Position numbers and translations under genes: made by a program
IMG/VR virus record: IMGVR_UViG_3300046694_000619
Strand: one strand, 5' to 3'
Length of the DNA stretch: 64,000 bases
Source: a virus
Taxonomy: Duplodnaviria; Caudoviricetes
Notes under the pieces: generated by a model
The model's database searches: none
What the model saw: only the letters and a program-made list of their open reading frames with translations
What the model was told of the DNA's origin: nothing
Part shown: positions 29,197-39,357 of the stretch, one piece after another
Layout of the letters: every line of letters begins with the position of its first letter
Numbering within the stretch: the first letter of the stretch is position 1

Positions 29197-31197
29197 ATGA
29201 ACAGATTCACGATGAAAAAAATCGCCATTGCAGCGCTGCTTTCGGCCAGCATGGCGCCGGCCTTTGCCGCTAACTATTACGTCGTGGTGCCAGTACCGAA
29301 TCGCACCGCTACCGCGGGCAACATCCTGGTCAGCCTCAACGGCTACGGTCTGCCGCAAGGTCAGGTTGGCGACGCTTACGCGGGCTTCGACTTCAACAGC
29401 GTGCTGCAGGTTAAAGGCGACCCGGGTTTCGACGCCAGCAGCGTGCGCTGGTCTATGGCCAGCGGTGCGCTTCCCGCGGGACTTTCGCTTGGCGCGGATG
29501 GCAAACTTACCGGCACTCCGACGGTGGCGGGCACAGCGAGCTTCCAGGTGTTGGCCGCCTACAAGACCAAGGCCGGGCAGCAGGCCTACACGGTGACCGT
29601 CAACAACCTGGTCGTGACTCTTGCGTCCGGCGGGCTTCCCACGGGTGTGCAGGGTGCCGCATACAGCTTCGACCTGAAAGCGCGGCTGTCGGTCAGTGGA
29701 GACCCCGCATACACAGGTGCGGGTGTGACCTGGAGTGTGTCATCGGGAAGCCTGCCCTCAGGCCTGAGTCTCGGAGCCGATGGCGTCATCTCTGGCGTGC
29801 CCACCGACGAAAACGCTGGAACTCCGTTCACTGTGAAGGCGGCCTACAAGACCCGAGCGGGTCAGCAGGTCTACCAGGTTGTTGTGGGCGCTATCGTCGT
29901 GACACTGAGCAATGCCGCGCTTCCCGCGGGAAAGCAGGGCGCTGCCTACTCGTTCGACTTGAGCTCAAAGCTCCAGGTGACCGGCGACGCGGCCTACGCA
30001 GGCTCGGCTGTGACGTGGAGTGTGGTATCGGGCAGCCTGCCCGCCGGCCTGAGGCTTGGCGCGAATGGCGTCATCTCTGGCGTGCCGACGGCGGAGAGCA
30101 CCGGTACGCCATTCACTGTACAGGCGACCTACAAGGCGAAGAACGGCCAGCAGTCGTATCTGGTGACGGTCCCCGCTATTGTGGTGTCGCTCTCCGCGAC
30201 GACCCTGCCGAAAGCCACCAACAACGAAGCCTACAGCTTTAATTTCAGCCCTTACGTGAGCGTTACCGGTGACGCAGCCTATGGCGGCTCCGGCATTACA
30301 TGGTCCGTTGCAAGCGGCACGTTGCCGGTGGGACTGACGCTTGATTCGACGACAGGCATCCTTTCGGGCAAACCGGTCGGTGCGACGACGGGCACCTCCG
30401 TGACGGTGCAGGCCGCATACAAGACCAAGACGGGGCAGTACGCCTACAGCCTGGTCGTGGCCACAACGCCGGTCGTTCTGGCACCGACGAGTTTTGCAAG
30501 CGGCGGCACGCCTCAGGCAATGTTCTACGAGGACCAGACCGTCGCTGCGTCCTGCAAGAACTATCACGCGGGCAACGCTAACTACGCGGCGGCGACCGCC
30601 AGCGGCTACTACTGGGTCAACATGGGCGCGGGTATCGAGCGCGCGTATTGCGACATGACGACCGCGGGAGGTGGATGGACGCTTGTCGCGCGCTCGGGCG
30701 GGGCAGTCGTGACCAATGCGACGTACTGCAACGCGGGCGTCTCGGGCGTGAATACGCCGTTCGGATGGTCAGTCGCGCGTGGTTCGCCGGGCGATACGAG
30801 CAACCCCTACTCGATGGGCGTATTCACGCGCAGCCTTGCCTTCTCCGAAGTCCTGATTGGCGATGCCTCGGGCACGTCCAACAGCTGGGGCGCGCACGTG
30901 TTTCAGCAGCCGGTTCCAGCCAACTTCAGGACCGCCCTGACGACGACCGACGTGCCACTGCCGGTGGCCGCCGCATTCCCGATGGCTCAATACATGGGCC
31001 ATACCACGGACGCCACGCAGTATTTCTTCCGGGATGTGCCTGATGGCACACGAAGCCAGGCGCAGGCCTACGGGCTTCACGCCGATGGTTGGCAGACCTG
31101 CTATGGCGACGGTCCGAACACGCTGTCGCCACAAGCGTTCCCCGCCAGCTACGGCGGAAGCATCAACTATCGTCACGGCATGTTGATGGTTCGGTGA
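29197..31197 (+). CDS. Secreted putative-Ig repeat protein with fibrinogen-like head (paralogue 3)
   Basis: ANYYVVVPVPNRT; four repeats; YCDMTTAGGGWTLV. Confidence 0.8.
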   Translation: MNRFTMKKIAIAALLSASMAPAFAANYYVVVPVPNRTATAGNILVSLNGYGLPQGQVGDAYAGFDFNSVLQVKGDPGFDASSVRWSMASGALPAGLSLGADGKLTGTPTVAGTASFQVLAAYKTKAGQQAYTVTVNNLVVTLASGGLPTGVQGAAYSFDLKARLSVSGDPAYTGAGVTWSVSSGSLPSGLSLGADGVISGVPTDENAGTPFTVKAAYKTRAGQQVYQVVVGAIVVTLSNAALPAGKQGAAYSFDLSSKLQVTGDAAYAGSAVTWSVVSGSLPAGLRLGANGVISGVPTAESTGTPFTVQATYKAKNGQQSYLVTVPAIVVSLSATTLPKATNNEAYSFNFSPYVSVTGDAAYGGSGITWSVASGTLPVGLTLDSTTGILSGKPVGATTGTSVTVQAAYKTKTGQYAYSLVVATTPVVLAPTSFASGGTPQAMFYEDQTVAASCKNYHAGNANYAAATASGYYWVNMGAGIERAYCDMTTAGGGWTLVARSGGAVVTNATYCNAGVSGVNTPFGWSVARGSPGDTSNPYSMGVFTRSLAFSEVLIGDASGTSNSWGAHVFQQPVPANFRTALTTTDVPLPVAAAFPMAQYMGHTTDATQYFFRDVPDGTRSQAQAYGLHADGWQTCYGDGPNTLSPQAFPASYGGSINYRHGMLMVR

Positions 31198-31324
31198 TGA
31201 GCGCCAGTTGCCTGGCAGGTCGCGTTGCTCCACGTTGGAAGGTACCAGCGTACGTCCTCTATCTCGTGGCCGCGGGTATCACGATTTTTATCTAGTTTCC
31301 TATCAAGGATGGTTTGCAAACAGA

Positions 31325-31720
31325 ATGAGTAAAAGGCTTTTGTTCGTCTACGGGACGCTCAAACGCGGCGAGTTCAACGATTTGAGTCGATATAGGCCCA
31401 CCCCGGCATACCAGGGAGACGGCTGGGTGCGCGGACTCCTTTATGACCTGGGTCATTGTCCGGCAATGGTTCATAACGACGACGCAGGGGAGGTGTGGGG
31501 TGAGGTGTTTGAGCTTGATGAGAGTCTCTTCGAAGCGCTCGACCGGTACGAAGCACAGTGCGGTGACTATGCACTCGAGCACGTAACCGTCCATATGGCC
31601 GAGCGAACACTCACGGCGTGCGCTTACCTGTTCAGGCCGGATGTAACGAACTTGGGACCTGCCATTTCAGCCGGAAGGTGGTCGAACAGGCAGGCGTCGC
31701 GCGAAACAAGAGTTGCATAA
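31325..31720 (+). CDS. Gamma-glutamylcyclotransferase family protein
   Basis: LFVYGTLKRG, LYDLG..P, V.GEV, LD.YE. Confidence 0.85.
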   Translation: MSKRLLFVYGTLKRGEFNDLSRYRPTPAYQGDGWVRGLLYDLGHCPAMVHNDDAGEVWGEVFELDESLFEALDRYEAQCGDYALEHVTVHMAERTLTACAYLFRPDVTNLGPAISAGRWSNRQASRETRVA

Positions 31721-31776
31721 GACAAGGCGTCACGGACCTAAGTCGGTGACGCCCTCAAACAGGTAGTTCTGTGCGT

Positions 31777-32034
31777 TCAAAGGTCCACTTCAACAAGGGC
31801 CCAGTCTGCATCAGCGTAGGCTGCGCTGCCGCGCAGTTCATTCAGGGTCGACGCCGAGAATACCGGGCGGCGACCGGTCTCGACCAGCGTGGCCACGTGG
31901 AGTTTGATGGCTTGCCGAACGTTGGTGAGCGCTTCTTCGAGACTATCGCCGGCGGAGTGGCAGCCCGGAATATCCGGGACGCTAACACCATAAGCGCTAC
32001 CCGCATCCTTGTGAATCGCGACAGGAAATTCCAT
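31777..32034 (-). CDS. hicB: HicB-family antitoxin (orphan)
   Basis: YGVSVPDIPGCHSAGDSLEEAL; GAGGAG RBS. Confidence 0.85.
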   Translation of the reverse strand: MEFPVAIHKDAGSAYGVSVPDIPGCHSAGDSLEEALTNVRQAIKLHVATLVETGRRPVFSASTLNELRGSAAYADADWALVEVDL

Positions 32035-32090
32035 TTCAAAGCTCCTCACCTTTTTACTGAACCCATCGCGCTGCGATGCTCGCCGCGCGC

Positions 32091-32744
32091 TCAAAAACGG
32101 TAGGCCGCACCCAGTTTTACGACCGGAAAGAAGCGCACGCGATTCGCCGTGTCCTGCCACTTGGCTTCCTGAGCGGCGACGTTATCGGAGCCCACTGCTT
32201 CCTCGAGGCCCACCGGCAGGTTGTACTCCATTTTCGGTTTTCCATACGCAACACCGACGTCAGCGATGAACGAGAAACCCTTCGCGAGCGCGTTGTGGCC
32301 GTAGCCAATGCCGATGTATGGCCGGACGGTCGGCATCTTGGCCTTTGCGTAGATGGACTGGCCATAGGTGGAGAGCGTGTGGCCGTTGATGGTAATCGAA
32401 CCGTTATTGCCGTCCAGCGAACCATACGCTCTGTCGTTACCAATCAATGCGCCCGCCGTCAGACGCAACCCATGCGCGATGCCACCCAGTGGAAACCAGT
32501 CAGCATAGAGACCCGCGTGCGCAAGGCGCGCCGTGGCGTTGTAGCCCGTGCCGTCCAACTCGCCACCGTGGTTGAAGCCGAGGTAGTTGAAATCAGCGCG
32601 AACGTCGACCGACTTGCTGATGGAGTAACCGTATCCGAGGCCGACGCCTTCCGAACCGACGGTACTATAAATCTCGTGAGCATGGGACTGAACTGCGGAT
32701 ACGGCCAGGACGGCCGCAGCAACTGCGACTGCAATTTTACGCAT
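32091..32744 (-). CDS. Outer-membrane beta-barrel protein
   Basis: Signal peptide; PYIGIGYG; C-terminal ...AYRF. Confidence 0.75.
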   Translation of the reverse strand: MRKIAVAVAAAVLAVSAVQSHAHEIYSTVGSEGVGLGYGYSISKSVDVRADFNYLGFNHGGELDGTGYNATARLAHAGLYADWFPLGGIAHGLRLTAGALIGNDRAYGSLDGNNGSITINGHTLSTYGQSIYAKAKMPTVRPYIGIGYGHNALAKGFSFIADVGVAYGKPKMEYNLPVGLEEAVGSDNVAAQEAKWQDTANRVRFFPVVKLGAAYRF

Positions 32745-32969
32745 GTGTGAATACCAGTTTAATTTGGAAATAGTCTCTGGCCGGGATGCCGCCGAGCGGA
32801 GCTGTCCTAATGGGATATAGGATGTGGATAGTATACTGTGTAATGCGTCTTTCGCAACTACGCGCGCGAGGAAACCCTCATGAATTTTTGCTTCATTGCG
32901 TTGGGCAGGAGAGGGGTGCGGTCGCTTCGCACCTATACGTCCGTAACTGCTTTCAAAGACCACACGACA

Positions 32970-35036
32970 ATGAAAATGACCATCCTTGCGGCCATTCTGG
33001 CCGCAACGTTCTCGATGGGAGCGTCCGCTTCCAATTACTTCGTCGTCGTCCCCGCTCCGGGACGCACGGCCGTTTCGCCCATCGCGGTCGCGCTGCAGGC
33101 GGGTGTGCTGCCGGACGGCACGAGCGGTACCCGCTATCAGGACTACGACCTACACAGCCTGCTGTCGGTCACCGGGGACGCCAACTTCAATCCAGCCTGG
33201 GTGCGCTGGTATCTGGCATCCGGTGCACTTCCCGCCGGCATGTCCCTTAGCTCCACAGGCACGCTGAGCGGCACGCCTTCAGTCGACGGGTCTTCGAGCT
33301 TCGAAATTCAGGCGCTCTACAAGAGCAAATCGGGCACACAGCGTTACGTGCTGACAATCAAGGCGCGCGGTAGCGTCGCCACGCTCTACGGCGTCAGCAC
33401 GCTTGACTGGGGTAGCGTCGCACGTACGGACCTGCCGCAGGTACGCAGTGTGGCCGTGGGCAATACCGGCGACCGACCGATGACGTTAACGCCGGCGGTC
33501 TCGACCGGACCATTCTCGCTGGTCAGCAATTCCTGCTCGAATGTCGCGCCAGGTGGCTCGTGCGCCGTGAGCTTCCGGGTGGGCGACACGGCACCCGGCG
33601 ACTACGGCCCCGTTCAGGTTTCGCTCGCCGGCGCGACATCCGGTGATTCATCGGTCAACCTCGCCGCACGGGTGCTCGGCCCACTGGCTGCCGCTGATAG
33701 CTCAACATCGCTCGACTTCGGTGGGGTCACGCAGTCCGATTCGGTCGCCAGCAAGAGTGTCACCTGGCACAACAACGGCAACGTAGCGATGAACCTTACG
33801 CCGCTCACGGTGGCGGCGCCGTTCTCGCTCGACAGCAACACCTGCACGAACGTCGCGCCGGGCGCAAGCTGCACTACCACGTTCAGCATGGCCACGTCGG
33901 CTCCGGGGACCTACGGCCCAGCCACTACGACGTTCACAGGCGGTGGCTCCGCGGCCTCGGTCTCTCTGAAAGGGCAGGTGCTCGGTTACAACTTCACGGC
34001 GTCGCTCAACCCGGTGGCTTTCGGTAGTGTCACCGCCAATACCACGGCAACCAAGGTGGTGACCGTCACGAACGCGAGCACGGTGCGAGCTCCTTTGACA
34101 GTCGGTTCGCTAAGCGCTCCGTTTGCGCAGACCAGCACCTGCCCGGCCACGCTTGACGCTGGCGCGTCGTGCGCCGTGACCCTGACGTTCAAGCCGACCG
34201 ACGTTGTAGCCCATGCAACTGCTCTTTCGGTCCCAGGGCTGTCGATTCCTGTCAGCGGCACGGGTGGCGCCATCACCATCGCGACTGCTGACGCGGGCCG
34301 TCGGTGGGCTGATGGCACATATGCGGCGTCATGCAAGGACTATCGCACGCCAGGCGGTAACTATCAGTACACAGGTGTGACAGGCGACGGCGTCTACACC
34401 ATTGACCCCGATGGCGCGGGCTCGCAGGCACCGTTGAACGTCTACTGCGACATGACGACCGACGGCGGCGGCTGGACGCTGTTTGCGAACACTTATCGCG
34501 ATGCTAGCGGCGGCCTGGATATGCTGGCAGGTACCAATGCGGCTGCGGTGCTCAGCCCGACCAGTGGTTCGGGAACGATGGGGGGCGTATTGGGGCTTAA
34601 CAACTTCCAGACATTCCCGTTCACCACCACTCGAATCCAGTTTGTCGCGGGCGACAACCCTGGTCAGGTGGCGACATTCTATAAAGGCGTTACCCGCGCC
34701 AACGTAGCAAGCTGGGCGCAAGTCGGAGCGATTGAGCCGGATACGACCAAGGCCGCCGTTTGTACGGACCTCGCGATGACGCAGAATTGCACATCCCGGC
34801 CATTCGACCACGACTACAACAACAACGGCAGTGCGACTGCGTTCACGATGATGTGGGGGGTCACGGTTGCGAAGTACGGTTACACCGTAACGAGCTATCA
34901 ACCGGTTCACGGAGAAGTGTTTACAGGCGGTAGCGCAGGTTGGTGCTCCACGACGGGCAATGCGAACAACAACGCGTGGAATGATAGCTACGCAGACGGG
35001 CACTGGGGCAACGGACTGAAAATCTGGTTCCGCTAA
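32970..35036 (+). CDS. Secreted Ig-repeat, choice-of-anchor-D/ASH-like and fibrinogen-like protein (paralogue 4)
   Basis: SNYFVVVPAPGRT; F.G.V...N.G...C..V.PG.SC modules; VYCDMTTDGGGWT. Confidence 0.8.
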   Translation: MKMTILAAILAATFSMGASASNYFVVVPAPGRTAVSPIAVALQAGVLPDGTSGTRYQDYDLHSLLSVTGDANFNPAWVRWYLASGALPAGMSLSSTGTLSGTPSVDGSSSFEIQALYKSKSGTQRYVLTIKARGSVATLYGVSTLDWGSVARTDLPQVRSVAVGNTGDRPMTLTPAVSTGPFSLVSNSCSNVAPGGSCAVSFRVGDTAPGDYGPVQVSLAGATSGDSSVNLAARVLGPLAAADSSTSLDFGGVTQSDSVASKSVTWHNNGNVAMNLTPLTVAAPFSLDSNTCTNVAPGASCTTTFSMATSAPGTYGPATTTFTGGGSAASVSLKGQVLGYNFTASLNPVAFGSVTANTTATKVVTVTNASTVRAPLTVGSLSAPFAQTSTCPATLDAGASCAVTLTFKPTDVVAHATALSVPGLSIPVSGTGGAITIATADAGRRWADGTYAASCKDYRTPGGNYQYTGVTGDGVYTIDPDGAGSQAPLNVYCDMTTDGGGWTLFANTYRDASGGLDMLAGTNAAAVLSPTSGSGTMGGVLGLNNFQTFPFTTTRIQFVAGDNPGQVATFYKGVTRANVASWAQVGAIEPDTTKAAVCTDLAMTQNCTSRPFDHDYNNNGSATAFTMMWGVTVAKYGYTVTSYQPVHGEVFTGGSAGWCSTTGNANNNAWNDSYADGHWGNGLKIWFR

Positions 35037-35045
35037 TGCCCAATG

Positions 35046-35072
35046 AAAAAGCGCCCAACTGGGCGCTTTTTT
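35046..35072. terminator. Bidirectional intrinsic terminator
   Basis: aaaaagcgccca-ac-tgggcgcttttt between convergent genes. Confidence 0.85.
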
Positions 35073-35075
35073 GTG

Positions 35076-35558
35076 TCAGCCGAAAATTACTGACAGGATG
35101 TTCAGAACGATGTCGAGTACCACGAGCGCGATGGCTTCGTCGGGTTCAAGTGCGCTTCGTCTGGGCTGCGGCAGAAGTCGTTTCACCGCAATCCGTTCGA
35201 AGCGGGTGAACGGGCGCTTCTGTTCGTGCACCTGTGCGACGTAGGCTTCGAGCTTGGCGTGCAGCTCGGCATCGTGCTTCACGCTGGAGAAGGGCGGCTC
35301 AGCAGCGGCGGTGAACGCCTTTATCGAGAGATTTCCCAGCCCCTGAAGTAGCATGCCAACGAAGAAGACGCCTCCGCCCGCAATAAATAGCCACGCATAG
35401 TGCGCTTTTTGCGCATCCGGACGCGTGCCGCTCCAGGCTATCCCGGCGAAGCCCGCCAGCATTAGTGCGGCTGCCGTTACCTGCACCAGCAGGGTATTGC
35501 GCCGCATACGCGCCAGTTCTCGCGCAGTGAGGGGCTTGTCGATATTGAATCTTGGCAT
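35076..35558 (-). CDS. Membrane protein
   Basis: Two to three TM helices. Confidence 0.6.
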   Translation of the reverse strand: MPRFNIDKPLTARELARMRRNTLLVQVTAAALMLAGFAGIAWSGTRPDAQKAHYAWLFIAGGGVFFVGMLLQGLGNLSIKAFTAAAEPPFSSVKHDAELHAKLEAYVAQVHEQKRPFTRFERIAVKRLLPQPRRSALEPDEAIALVVLDIVLNILSVIFG

Positions 35559-35613
35559 TGTCGTGCTCGATACGTGGGGAGCGAATGATGCGGCTCCCCC
35601 GTGACGTCGGCAA

Positions 35614-36369
35614 TTACTTGCCTTGCGCAGCGAACCACTGGAGCAGTTCGTCGTCGATGAGAAATTCGTTCAGGTCTTCCGTGCTCATCGCATTGAACTT
35701 GCGCAGGTCCGGAATGGCCACGAAGCCGGTATTGCTGAACTTGTCGCCGATGGATTCCAGGAACGGGAACCGCGAGCCCTGATTGCTGATGCCAAGGAAC
35801 AGGAAGTACACCTGGTCCTTACGCGCTTCCGACTCGCGCAGCACCTGCATGGTCCGTTCTTTATCGCCGTGTTCGTTGTTGTCGCCATCGGTTGCAACGA
35901 TGACGAGAGACGGCTTTTGCTCGCCGTGGACGATTTCGTCCTTCTTGCCGAACAGGCTGCCCAGGATGCCGGCCTTCTTGACCTTATCCTTCCAGCCGAA
36001 GTGCTTCAGGAACGCTTCCAGAACGTGCGAGTATGCGGTGCCGCCGTTGTAGCCCGGGACACCGATGATGTTCCGGCGCACGAATCCCTGGTAGTTCTTC
36101 GCGTCAATCGGGCCGACATCCTGCACACTCGCCGCGCCATTCGAGAACGTGAACACGTCAAGCTTCCGGTCCGGGTCGAAGCAGAGACCCCAAGGCACGA
36201 GGCGCGTCAAAAGCGTTTCGGTCGTACCGTCATTGTGTTCGTCTTCGAACGATTGCGAGACATCCATTGCGAAACCGACGTCCAGCGTCGGGACCTTGAT
36301 GCCAGCCTTTTCCAGGCTCAGGACGAGTGCCTGCGATGCTTTTTCCAGATTCAGTTCGAGTGCCATCAC
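35614..36369 (-). CDS. vWA domain protein (TerF-associated type)
   Basis: MIDAS D-x-S-x-S (DVSQS), GGT, TDGD. Confidence 0.85.
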   Translation of the reverse strand: MMALELNLEKASQALVLSLEKAGIKVPTLDVGFAMDVSQSFEDEHNDGTTETLLTRLVPWGLCFDPDRKLDVFTFSNGAASVQDVGPIDAKNYQGFVRRNIIGVPGYNGGTAYSHVLEAFLKHFGWKDKVKKAGILGSLFGKKDEIVHGEQKPSLVIVATDGDNNEHGDKERTMQVLRESEARKDQVYFLFLGISNQGSRFPFLESIGDKFSNTGFVAIPDLRKFNAMSTEDLNEFLIDDELLQWFAAQGK

Positions 36370-37403
36370 ATTTTCCTTTGAATAAATTGAACAATTTCAG
36401 TCAGCTTCTCAGCGGCCAGGAAGCGCTGGGTGTCGCTGGGTTTTGATACGGCGGACAGCCCTGCCAGCTGGCTGTAGACGGCGGGCAATTGAAGGAGCAC
36501 CCCGTCCTGTACAAGCGTCATCAGCTCTTTCACGCTCTCCTTGTCGAGCGCGAGCGTCTGGATTTGCTCAATCGTCAGCGCCTGCGACGTAGTCATCGCG
36601 AGTTGACGCGAAGTCATCAGCTGCCTGATTTCAGGCGCAACGACATCGAAGAGATAGTCGGCTGCCAGGGCGTGCGCTTGCAGCGCCTCTCCGCCGGCCT
36701 CGTTCTTGTGGATGAGCTTCTCTAGCTCACCGATGAGGGTCACAAGCGAAGCACCCGCCTGGGAGAGCAGCGTTTCGAGCTGGCGAACCTCGCTTACAAC
36801 CGATTCCCACACCTTGGAGACGGACCGGCGGAGCAGGCCACCTTCCATCGCGTCGAGCACTTCGCGCAGCAGCGTATTCAGCCGCGAAAGGTGCTGCGTT
36901 ACAGCGCGGGTTTCAGCCGACTCCAGCAGGGCAAGTCGCGCTTTCACGAGCGTTGACACCTGCTCCTGCGCCGGCACGCCGAAGCGGAGCCACGCGGGCA
37001 TATCCATCGTCTGCGGGCACACACCTGCAAGAACCGCATGAACTTCCACGAGCGTCGCGTTCGACGTACCGGGAAAACGGCGCGTGAGCGTTTCAATCGA
37101 GACGTCCAGTGGTTTGCGTTGGGTGCCGGGCATCACAGATGCTTTCACATGCTCAGCCGGCACCACCGCCGGCGCGGGCGCCTGATAAGGCAACCCGGTC
37201 GGCTTCATGGCAGCGGGCTGTGGTGCTGCCTTAGTGGCGGGTGCGGTGGCACCCGGAATTGCCGTCGGCTTGATGGCTGTCGGTCGCACGGATGGCGCCG
37301 GCTCAGCATGTGTCGCGCCCTCGCCAGCCATACCAACCGTGCGAGTCGGTGCGAGCGTGCTGCCCGTTGCCGGCGTGCTGATGATGGTTGGCTTGAAGGT
37401 CAT
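36366..37403 (-). CDS. TelA-like coiled-coil protein with Pro/Ala-rich N-terminus
   Basis: FG..AQ and helical heptads; ter context. Confidence 0.55.
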   Translation of the reverse strand: MTFKPTIISTPATGSTLAPTRTVGMAGEGATHAEPAPSVRPTAIKPTAIPGATAPATKAAPQPAAMKPTGLPYQAPAPAVVPAEHVKASVMPGTQRKPLDVSIETLTRRFPGTSNATLVEVHAVLAGVCPQTMDMPAWLRFGVPAQEQVSTLVKARLALLESAETRAVTQHLSRLNTLLREVLDAMEGGLLRRSVSKVWESVVSEVRQLETLLSQAGASLVTLIGELEKLIHKNEAGGEALQAHALAADYLFDVVAPEIRQLMTSRQLAMTTSQALTIEQIQTLALDKESVKELMTLVQDGVLLQLPAVYSQLAGLSAVSKPSDTQRFLAAEKLTEIVQFIQRKM

Positions 37404-37421
37404 GGCGAGGCGACGCGTCGA

Positions 37422-38057
37422 TTACGAGAAGTGAGCCAGGACTTGATTGAAGTCGTTGTTGAAGCCCACACCGATGAGTGCGAACGACGAGCCGCTTTGC
37501 TCGACCATGATGGAACCGCCTTGCACGCCCACGAACTCGCCAAACTGGTCCGACAGCGACACGTTCATCTGTTCCTCGCCGAGACTGTTTTCGATGATGA
37601 AGCGTGCGTTTTTCACGTCGCGGAACGTCTTGCCGCTGTTTTGCGGGTGAATGGTTGCCAGCAGCGGGATTTCGATGGCGCCGCCGACTGGCGGGTTCAG
37701 GCGGTCCGGCTGGATGGTCACGAATTCGTCGTCACCGGTGGCGCTGCCGTCGAGGGCGTCCGGGCTGTGCACCAGCGCGCCGGCGTAGATTTCGAACGAG
37801 CCATCCGGCTTCTTTTCCAGCGTGCCCACGGCCTGGCCGCGGATAACGCGCTTGACGTTGTAGGTCGACAGGATGTCGTCGAACGACGAAACCTTCGAGC
37901 CCTGGCCGACGTTTACCGCGACGAATGCGTGCAGGTCGAGGTCGACGTCACCTTCCCACGACAGGCGAACCTTGAAGCGTTCGCCCTTGTCGAGGCTCAA
38001 CGAGAGTTTCTGGACGACGTCTTCCGGCTTGGTCAGATTGAGTTGCAGTGCTGCCAT
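37422..38057 (-). CDS. TerD-family stress protein
   Basis: LSW..DVDLDL, HSPD...G...GDDE. Confidence 0.85.
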   Translation of the reverse strand: MAALQLNLTKPEDVVQKLSLSLDKGERFKVRLSWEGDVDLDLHAFVAVNVGQGSKVSSFDDILSTYNVKRVIRGQAVGTLEKKPDGSFEIYAGALVHSPDALDGSATGDDEFVTIQPDRLNPPVGGAIEIPLLATIHPQNSGKTFRDVKNARFIIENSLGEEQMNVSLSDQFGEFVGVQGGSIMVEQSGSSFALIGVGFNNDFNQVLAHFS

Positions 38058-38090
38058 GATTTTCTGTTTCCTGTTGGTTGGAGAATCTGG

Positions 38091-39332
38091 TTAATACGTT
38101 CGGGCAGCGACGGGCGCGCCCGGAGTAACCCGTTGGCTCAGGTCCAAGACGTCCTGGCGAACTTGGGCCATCGTTTCGCGTGCTTCCTGGAACTTCGCGC
38201 GGTTGTCCTCACGCGCCTTGTCGGTGATGTCTTGCAGTGCAGCCACGTCGGTGACCGCGCGCTTCAGGTTGTTCGCCTGCTGGACACGGTTGTCACCGGG
38301 TGCGTTGGCTGACGTGGCGACAATGACGCCCGTAAGCTTTGCGCGGGCTTCCTGAAGCTGGTTGTCGAGGTTTGCATTGGCCTGGCCGAGACGTTGCACG
38401 TTGCGCACGAGATTCGCGCCATGCAGGCCAATCAGCGTCATGCGGATGCTGGCGAACCGGTCGCCCATCGTCGTCGACAGTTCCAGCAGCGTTTGCGCGC
38501 CGGCGTTCTGAATCTGACGGAGGATGAGTGCTTCGCCAGGCAGGCGCGTCATCATGGCTTCGCGGCTGAGCGCCACCGATTCGAGCGCTTGCAGCTTGTC
38601 CTGAATGTCCTGCGCGCGCATCACGTCCTTATCGGCCGCAGCCAGGAGAGCGGGTGCCTGGGCCTTCGCCTTTGCAAGCGCACTGTTCAGGAACACGACT
38701 TCTTCGCAGAATTCAACGAAGGATGCGAAATAAACACCCTTTACCGCTTCCAGATTGCGCAGCTCTTCGTTGAGCTTGTTCATCTCGGTGATGAGCTGCT
38801 TTTCCTGCGCGACGACCACGTCGGAAAGATTCTTGGACTTCAGACGCACCTGCTTGCCGAGCTCTTCGAGCACAGCGTCGAGGCTCTGTTGCAACTTCTT
38901 CTTGCTGAAGAAGCCTAGGGCCCGGTCGAGCGGACCCGGCTTGGCATCCAGAATCTGAATGGCCAGGTCGCCGATTTTCTCTTCCTCGAGCTTCTCGGTC
39001 AGCTTGTCGACCAGCTTGAACAGTTGCGGGTTTTCAGCCTTGTTGATACGCGCCATGAAGGCATCCAGCGCACGATTCAGGTTCATCGTGGGTTGCTGGC
39101 TCAGCGTGGAGAAGTCTTGCAGCGGCAGCTCGGCGAACTCGAACTTCTCGACGCGTGCCACGAGCGTTGCGCTCTGCTGCGCATCGAGGTTCAGCGGGAA
39201 CTTTTCCGGCAGGACCAGCGCCGCCGGCACGACCGGCAGGCTGGCGGGGATGCCGATGTGGCCGTTGCTCAATTGCTGAAGGCCGGGGCTACGGAAGGCA
39301 GGGTTCGCCTGCGCCAAAGAGGTGGGTTGCAT
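38091..39332 (-). CDS. Toxic anion resistance (TelA/KlaA-like) protein
   Basis: Long coiled coil with IRQIQN-type segment; ter context. Confidence 0.65.
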   Translation of the reverse strand: MQPTSLAQANPAFRSPGLQQLSNGHIGIPASLPVVPAALVLPEKFPLNLDAQQSATLVARVEKFEFAELPLQDFSTLSQQPTMNLNRALDAFMARINKAENPQLFKLVDKLTEKLEEEKIGDLAIQILDAKPGPLDRALGFFSKKKLQQSLDAVLEELGKQVRLKSKNLSDVVVAQEKQLITEMNKLNEELRNLEAVKGVYFASFVEFCEEVVFLNSALAKAKAQAPALLAAADKDVMRAQDIQDKLQALESVALSREAMMTRLPGEALILRQIQNAGAQTLLELSTTMGDRFASIRMTLIGLHGANLVRNVQRLGQANANLDNQLQEARAKLTGVIVATSANAPGDNRVQQANNLKRAVTDVAALQDITDKAREDNRAKFQEARETMAQVRQDVLDLSQRVTPGAPVAARTY

Positions 39333-39357
39333 GGTATATGTGTCCTTGGGACGAGAC

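Noticed and set aside
27430-31197. Repeated DNA segments read as a CRISPR array, DGR template/variable repeats or a shufflon
   Set aside because: The repeats are in-frame protein domains differing mainly at synonymous sites. There are no spacers and no A-specific variation, and I saw no reverse transcriptase, Cas or invertase in the window.
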